NCBI GenBank assembly: GCA_963701965.1
Contig: OY969695.1
Location: 1,632,001 to 1,696,000, forward strand
Direction of reading: 5' to 3'
Length of the DNA: 64,000 nucleotides
Origin: an uncultured Gemmatimonadales bacterium
GTDB taxonomy: Bacteria; Gemmatimonadota; Gemmatimonadetes; Gemmatimonadales; Gemmatimonadaceae
The notes beneath the pieces are model-generated. The model searched no databases and had not been told where the DNA came from. It worked only from the letters and a program-made list of their open reading frames with translations. A program made the position numbers and the translations under genes. This document shows positions 58,984-64,000 of the stretch, piece after piece. Numbering within the stretch: the stretch's first letter is position 1; the number at the start of each line of letters is the position of its first letter.

Positions 58984-61900
58984 ATGAACTTCACGACTCT
59001 CTTCATCAAGCGCCCGGTCATGACGACCCTCGTCATGGTCGGCATCCTGTTCTTCGGCATCGTCGCCTACCGCGCCCTCCCGGTCAGCGACCTGCCCAAC
59101 GTCGACTACCCGACGATCACGGTCAGCGCCACGCTCCCCGGCGCCAGCCCCGAAACCATGGCGGCTACCGTCGCCACGCCGCTCGAGAAGCAATTCTCGA
59201 CGATCGCCGGCATCGACAACATGACGTCGACGTCGAGCATCGGCGCCACACAGATCGTCGTCCAGTTCACGCTCGACCGGAACATCGACGCCGCCGCCCA
59301 GGACGTGCAGGCGGCCATCACCCAGACCCTGCGCACGCTGCCGCAAGGCATCATCCCGCCGTCGTACCAGAAGACCAACCCGGCCGACGCCCCGATCATC
59401 ACCTTGGCGCTGACGTCGGACGTCGTGCCCCTCTCGGCGCTCGATGAGTACGGCGAGGTCACGCTGGCCCAACGCCTGTCGATGGTCGGCGGCGTCGCCC
59501 AGGTGCTCGTCCAGGGCACGCAGAAGTACGCCGTGCGCATCCAGCTCGACCCGCACCAGCTGGCCACGCGCAACATCGGCCTCGAGGACGTCAACGCCGC
59601 GATCGCCAGCCAGAACGTCAACATCGCCACCGGCGTCCTGTGGGGCACCAAGACCGCGCTCACCATCAACGCCACGGGCCAGCTCGATAACGCGCAAGCG
59701 TTCCGCGACATGGTGGTCGCCTACAAAAACGGCGCCCCGGTCCGCTTGGGTGACGTGGGACGCGTCACCGACGACGTCCAGAACAACAAGACCGCCAGCT
59801 GGCTCAACGGCCAACGATCCATCGTCCTCCAGATCCAACGCCAACCCGGCACCAACACGGTGGCGGTCGCCAACCGGATCAAACAGGCCCTCGCCAAACT
59901 GGAAGCCGATATCCCGGGCTCCATCCATGTCGAGATCCTCTACGACCGGTCGACGAGCATCCAGGAGTCGGTGCACGACGTCACGTTCACTCTCGAGCTG
60001 ACCCTCGTGCTCGTCGTGCTCGTGATCTTCCTGTTCCTCCGCAACCTCTCGGCGACGGTCATCCCGAGCCTCGCCTTGCCGATGTCGATCATCGGCACGT
60101 TCTCGGTGATGTACCTGCTCAACTACAGCCTCGACAACCTGTCGCTCATGGCCCTGACGCTCGCCGTCGGGTTCGTGGTCGACGACGCCATCGTCATGCT
60201 GGAGAACATCGTCCGCCACCTGGAGATGGGGAAACCCCGGGTGCAGGCGGCGATGGACGGCGCCGCCGAGGTGGGCTTCACGATCCTGTCCATGACGCTG
60301 TCGCTCTCCGCGGTGTTCATCCCGATCCTCTTCATGGGCGGGATCATCGGGAAGCTGTTCCACGAGTTCGCGGTCACCATCGGCGTCTCGATCCTCGTGT
60401 CCGGGTTCGTGTCGCTGACCCTGACGCCGATGCTCTCCAGCCTCTTCCTGCGCGGCGAAAAGGACCAGCACCACGGCCGGATGTACAACGCGGTCGAGCA
60501 CATGTACGATGTCGTCCTGGCGAAGTACGAGAGCAGCCTGGCCTGGGTCATGGCCCGCCGGCCCGCCACGCTCGTGTTCTCGGCCGTCATCCTGGTCGCC
60601 ACGGTCGTCGTGTTCTGGTTCATGCCCAAGGGTCTCTTCCCGAGCGATGACACCGGACAGCTCCTGGTGACCACGGAAGCGGCCGAAGGCGTGTCCTTCG
60701 ACGCCCTGGTGCAGCACCAGGCCGAGGCCGCCGCCATCATCGTCAAAGACCCCGACGTGCACGCGGTCACATCGTCGGTCGGCACGACGCCGGCTGCGAA
60801 CCAGGGGCAGATGACGATCGATCTCAAGCCGATCAGCCAACGGAGCCGGACGGCGGATGACATCGCGCGCGACCTGACGAGGTCCGTGGCCGGCGTCCCC
60901 GGCATCACGATCTTCGTCCAGAATCCACCGGCGATCTCGATCGGCGGCCTCCAGTCCAAGAGCCTGTACCAATACACGCTGCAGAGCGGCGACGTCCCGA
61001 CGCTCAACAAGACAGCCCGCGCGCTGGAAGACCGGCTGCGCCAACTGCCGATGCTGTCGGGCGTCACCAGCGATCTCCTCATCGAGAACCCGCAGGTCAC
61101 GATCGACATCGACCGCGATCACGCCGGCCAACTGGGCGTCACGGCGGCCGAGATCGAGAACACGCTGTACGACGCGTTCGGCCAACGGCAGGTGTCGACG
61201 ATCTACACGCCGACCAACGAGTACTGGGTCGTCATGGAAGTCCTCCCCCAGTTCCAGGCCGACGTGGCCTCGCTCGGCACGCTCTACGTGCGGCCCAACA
61301 CCGGCGGCGGCGGCCAGTCCAACGGCGGGTACGGCGCGCTCAGCGTCGCGCCGAGCTCCGGCGGCGCGCTGGTGCCGCTGTCGGCCGTTGCGCGGTTCCG
61401 CGACGACGTGGGTCCGGTCACCGTCAACCACTCGGGCCAGCTCCCGTCGGTCACGATCTCGTTCGACCTGGCGCCCGGCGCATCGCTCGGCTCGGCGCTC
61501 ACCGCGATCCAAAAGGAATCCAAGGCGGTCCTGCCCGGCAACATCGGCGCCAGCTTCACCGGGACCGCGGCCGCGTTCGAGTCCACCCAATCCGGGCTGC
61601 TGCTCCTCGTGGCGCTGGCCGTGTTCGTGATCTACCTGATCCTGGGCGTCTTGTACGAGAGCTTCATCCACCCGATCACGATCCTCTCCGGCCTGCCCTT
61701 CGCGGCGTTCGGCGCGCTCGTCACCCTCTGGCTCTGCCACCTCGATCTCGACGTCTACGGCATCGTCGGCGTCATCATGCTCATCGGCATCGTGAAGAAG
61801 AACGCGATCATGATGATCGACTTCGCCATCGAGTCCGAGCACGGCGGCAAATCGCCGGAAGCGGCGATCCTCGAGGCCTGCAGCGTCCGGTTCCGCCCGA

Positions 61901-62160
61901 TCATGATGACGACGATGGCGGCGCTCATGGGCGCGTTGCCGATCGCGCTGGGGTTGGGCGCCGGGGCGTCCACGCGCCGTCCGTTGGGCGTCGCGGTGGT
62001 CGGCGGCCTGGCCTTCTCCCAGCTGGTCACGCTGTACGTGACTCCGGTGTTCTATACCTACTTCGACGAGCTCCAGACGTGGTTCGAGGCCCGCGCCGAG
62101 CGGAAGAAGACCGGCGAGCACGCCATCATGCCGGGACCTCTGCCACAGGCTGGCGACTAG
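58984..62160 (+). CDS. RND efflux permease (MdtB/MdtC-like), second subunit
   Basis: 1058 aa with the full set of RND motifs; starts 4 bp after the previous gene. Confidence 0.95.
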   Translation: MNFTTLFIKRPVMTTLVMVGILFFGIVAYRALPVSDLPNVDYPTITVSATLPGASPETMAATVATPLEKQFSTIAGIDNMTSTSSIGATQIVVQFTLDRNIDAAAQDVQAAITQTLRTLPQGIIPPSYQKTNPADAPIITLALTSDVVPLSALDEYGEVTLAQRLSMVGGVAQVLVQGTQKYAVRIQLDPHQLATRNIGLEDVNAAIASQNVNIATGVLWGTKTALTINATGQLDNAQAFRDMVVAYKNGAPVRLGDVGRVTDDVQNNKTASWLNGQRSIVLQIQRQPGTNTVAVANRIKQALAKLEADIPGSIHVEILYDRSTSIQESVHDVTFTLELTLVLVVLVIFLFLRNLSATVIPSLALPMSIIGTFSVMYLLNYSLDNLSLMALTLAVGFVVDDAIVMLENIVRHLEMGKPRVQAAMDGAAEVGFTILSMTLSLSAVFIPILFMGGIIGKLFHEFAVTIGVSILVSGFVSLTLTPMLSSLFLRGEKDQHHGRMYNAVEHMYDVVLAKYESSLAWVMARRPATLVFSAVILVATVVVFWFMPKGLFPSDDTGQLLVTTEAAEGVSFDALVQHQAEAAAIIVKDPDVHAVTSSVGTTPAANQGQMTIDLKPISQRSRTADDIARDLTRSVAGVPGITIFVQNPPAISIGGLQSKSLYQYTLQSGDVPTLNKTARALEDRLRQLPMLSGVTSDLLIENPQVTIDIDRDHAGQLGVTAAEIENTLYDAFGQRQVSTIYTPTNEYWVVMEVLPQFQADVASLGTLYVRPNTGGGGQSNGGYGALSVAPSSGGALVPLSAVARFRDDVGPVTVNHSGQLPSVTISFDLAPGASLGSALTAIQKESKAVLPGNIGASFTGTAAAFESTQSGLLLLVALAVFVIYLILGVLYESFIHPITILSGLPFAAFGALVTLWLCHLDLDVYGIVGVIMLIGIVKKNAIMMIDFAIESEHGGKSPEAAILEACSVRFRPIMMTTMAALMGALPIALGLGAGASTRRPLGVAVVGGLAFSQLVTLYVTPVFYTYFDELQTWFEARAERKKTGEHAIMPGPLPQAGD

Positions 62161-62307
62161 TCGCCGAACGGTCCCACCGGGGCCAGGTCACTGGTGGCCG
62201 CCGTGATCGCGAGGGCGTCGATCGTGAGAAGCGCGGCCACGGGACGCTAACGTGCACTCCCCGCGTCACAGGCCGCCCGCGCCGGCGGCCAAGATTATGT
62301 CAGTACT

Positions 62308-62634
62308 TCATGACGGGACGGCAACCGGCGACCGGTCCGCGTCTTCCGATCGGGAATAGCAGCCCGCAACCGCGGCGTTCACCGCCGCGCCGAGTACATG
62401 GAGCGCCCAGGCCCGTCGCTCGGTCGCCATGAGGGGTTGGACCGCCGGCCGAATGAGCTCCTTGAGCCGAATGATGATCCGCTCCGGAGACTCGCCCTGC
62501 CGTCGCTCGGCGCGCGCGTAGGCCCGTACGGCGCGTTCCAGGCGGCCCTGATTGGCCCAAGGGCCGGCGACCGCGCTCAGGATCGCGCCGCGGACGCGGG
62601 CCTCATAATCGATTGATGGCATTTCTGAAGTCAT
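62308..62634 (-). CDS. Small hypothetical protein
   Basis: AVRAYARAERRQGESPERIIIRLKELI; start overlaps the TetR stop. Confidence 0.6.
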   Translation of the reverse strand: MTSEMPSIDYEARVRGAILSAVAGPWANQGRLERAVRAYARAERRQGESPERIIIRLKELIRPAVQPLMATERRAWALHVLGAAVNAAVAGCYSRSEDADRSPVAVPS

Positions 62635-63248
62635 CAAAGGGAAATCGCCTCCCACGCCATCGACTCCGCAGCCTGCCAGAGGGCCGGCGTCATAGTGATC
62701 TTCCCCTGCACCGCCAACTCCCGGACTTCGCGCAGCAGGCCAAGGCAGACGGCGCGCAGCAACTCGGGCGGCAGGGGCTTGAAGACGCGCTCCGCTATGC
62801 CGGTCTCGAACACGGCGACGAGCGGCGCTTTCATGGCCTCGAGCCGACGCCGCGTCTCGACGCCGACGTACGGCGAGCCATGGTACGCCATGAGAAATGC
62901 CCAGGCCGCGGGATAGGTATCGCCAAACCGCACCGCCCCCTGCCAGTGCGCGGCGAACATCTCCCGGGGCGTCATACCGTCGCGGTGCGACGCCAGCAGA
63001 TCGCGGATCATGAGACTGTCCCAGCGCAGGAAGAGCGCTTCGAGCAACTCGTCCTTGCTCGCGTGATACAGGTACAGCGTTCCGGTGCCCACCCCGGCGC
63101 GGCGGGCGATCTCCGGCACGGTGGTCCCGTGAAAGCCTTGTTCGACGAAGAGCTCCAACGCCGCGGCCTCGATCGCCTCGCATTTCTGCGTGCGATCATC
63201 GACGGCGGCCGCGACAGCGGGCTCAGGCGATAGTGACTGAACGTCCAT
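62634..63248 (-). CDS. TetR/AcrR family transcriptional regulator
   Basis: AALELFVEQGFHGTTVPEIARRAGVGTGTLYLYHASKDEL. Confidence 0.93.
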   Translation of the reverse strand: MDVQSLSPEPAVAAAVDDRTQKCEAIEAAALELFVEQGFHGTTVPEIARRAGVGTGTLYLYHASKDELLEALFLRWDSLMIRDLLASHRDGMTPREMFAAHWQGAVRFGDTYPAAWAFLMAYHGSPYVGVETRRRLEAMKAPLVAVFETGIAERVFKPLPPELLRAVCLGLLREVRELAVQGKITMTPALWQAAESMAWEAISL

Positions 63249-63291
63249 TCACTCGCACAATACCCTATTGTGCCCCCGTCGTCAATTGCCC

Positions 63292-64000
63292 CTATGGGGT
63301 GGCCAACTTGCCTGAGCTGACCAGTCGAGCCCTCGGGTCGGCCTGTGCGGGGACGACGGGGACCGGAGGAGCCACCCCAACGGTCCCGCGCCGCCGGCGG
63401 CTCGTGAATCCGAGCAACAGCAGGATCGCCAACGGCACCAGGATGAACACCACCGTGAACAGCGCAAACCAATGCTCGACAAAGGCGCGGTCGGGGTGCT
63501 GGGGATCCACGTACGCCGTGATCGTCTGCCCCCTGTGGTACCGTTCGATCACGGCCTCGGCCCACGCGTACCCGCGCGACTCGTTGAGGGGCGTTACCCC
63601 GCTCGACGTGTACTGGCGCCCGCCGATCGCGTAGCGGTAGGTCACGACCGGCCGGTAGGACATGCGGCCCCGATTCACGCGGACATCTTCGATGCCGGTC
63701 GACAGAACCGTAGCGGGGACTGGACGCCACGTGAGCAGCATGACGACCTGCAAGAGCAGGATCAGGACGCCGACGCCCATGAAGAGGGAGAGAAACCCCA
63801 TCGCCAGCCCGGCATTCTTGATGACGGCGGCGGGCAATGCCGACCCATCGGCAGGGAGCGCGTGCCACCCGCCCAGCGCACGGGCGGCCGCGACAGCGGT
63901 CGCCTGCCCCGCGCGATCGCCGGTGAGGACGGGCGTCCACGGGACCCGCGCGCCGTTCGTGCGAATGAACACGGGGCGGTACGTCGCGTTGGTTTGCGTC
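63292..64000 (-). CDS. DUF3592 domain membrane protein (may begin beyond the right edge)
   Basis: TM-WRPVPATV...YRPVVTYRY...ITAYVDPQHPDRA-TM pattern. Confidence 0.75.
   Translation of the reverse strand, partial: TQTNATYRPVFIRTNGARVPWTPVLTGDRAGQATAVAAARALGGWHALPADGSALPAAVIKNAGLAMGFLSLFMGVGVLILLLQVVMLLTWRPVPATVLSTGIEDVRVNRGRMSYRPVVTYRYAIGGRQYTSSGVTPLNESRGYAWAEAVIERYHRGQTITAYVDPQHPDRAFVEHWFALFTVVFILVPLAILLLLGFTSRRRRGTVGVAPPVPVVPAQADPRARLVSSGKLATP

Overview
GC-rich bacterial chromosome segment. Several protein families suggest Gemmatimonadota, which is an inference only. Single-base indels are scattered throughout, including in a conserved-looking RND pump gene, so many apparent frameshifts are probably assembly errors. 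The left part (1-29 kb) is a patchwork of accessory genes: an orphan RND permease, a SusC-like receptor, a DUF3300-DUF2950-porin-amidohydrolase-DcaP-glutaminase operon, and an ECF42-type sigma/DGPF locus with a duplicated promoter. The central feature is a stack of two tyrosine-integrase islands at the 3' end of a tRNA-Pro(CGG) gene (54933-55006, minus strand). The first is a ~17.8 kb island bounded by a perfect 45-bp att duplication (37149-37193 and 54932-54976). It has an integrase, an excisionase-like gene, 12-bp arm-type repeats and its own tRNA terminator. The second is an older, decayed ~8 kb island ending at a degenerate tRNA fragment (29084-29108). The 17.8 kb island looks like a defence island. 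Its most notable content is a six-gene operon that I cannot match to any named system: DUF6932-like nucleotidyltransferase, XRE-HTH/IrrE-like metallopeptidase fusion, Cys/His-rich DUF4186-like protein, radical SAM enzyme, ASCH protein and P-loop nucleotide kinase. A sigma70 promoter overlapped by a palindromic operator precedes the operon, with a DPPW-motif methyltransferase and a nuclease-like gene further upstream. A convergent ABC-type ATPase plus RelE-like effector module follows it. Right of the tRNA are chromosomal genes: YbhB/YbcL, two RND permeases, TetR and DUF3592.
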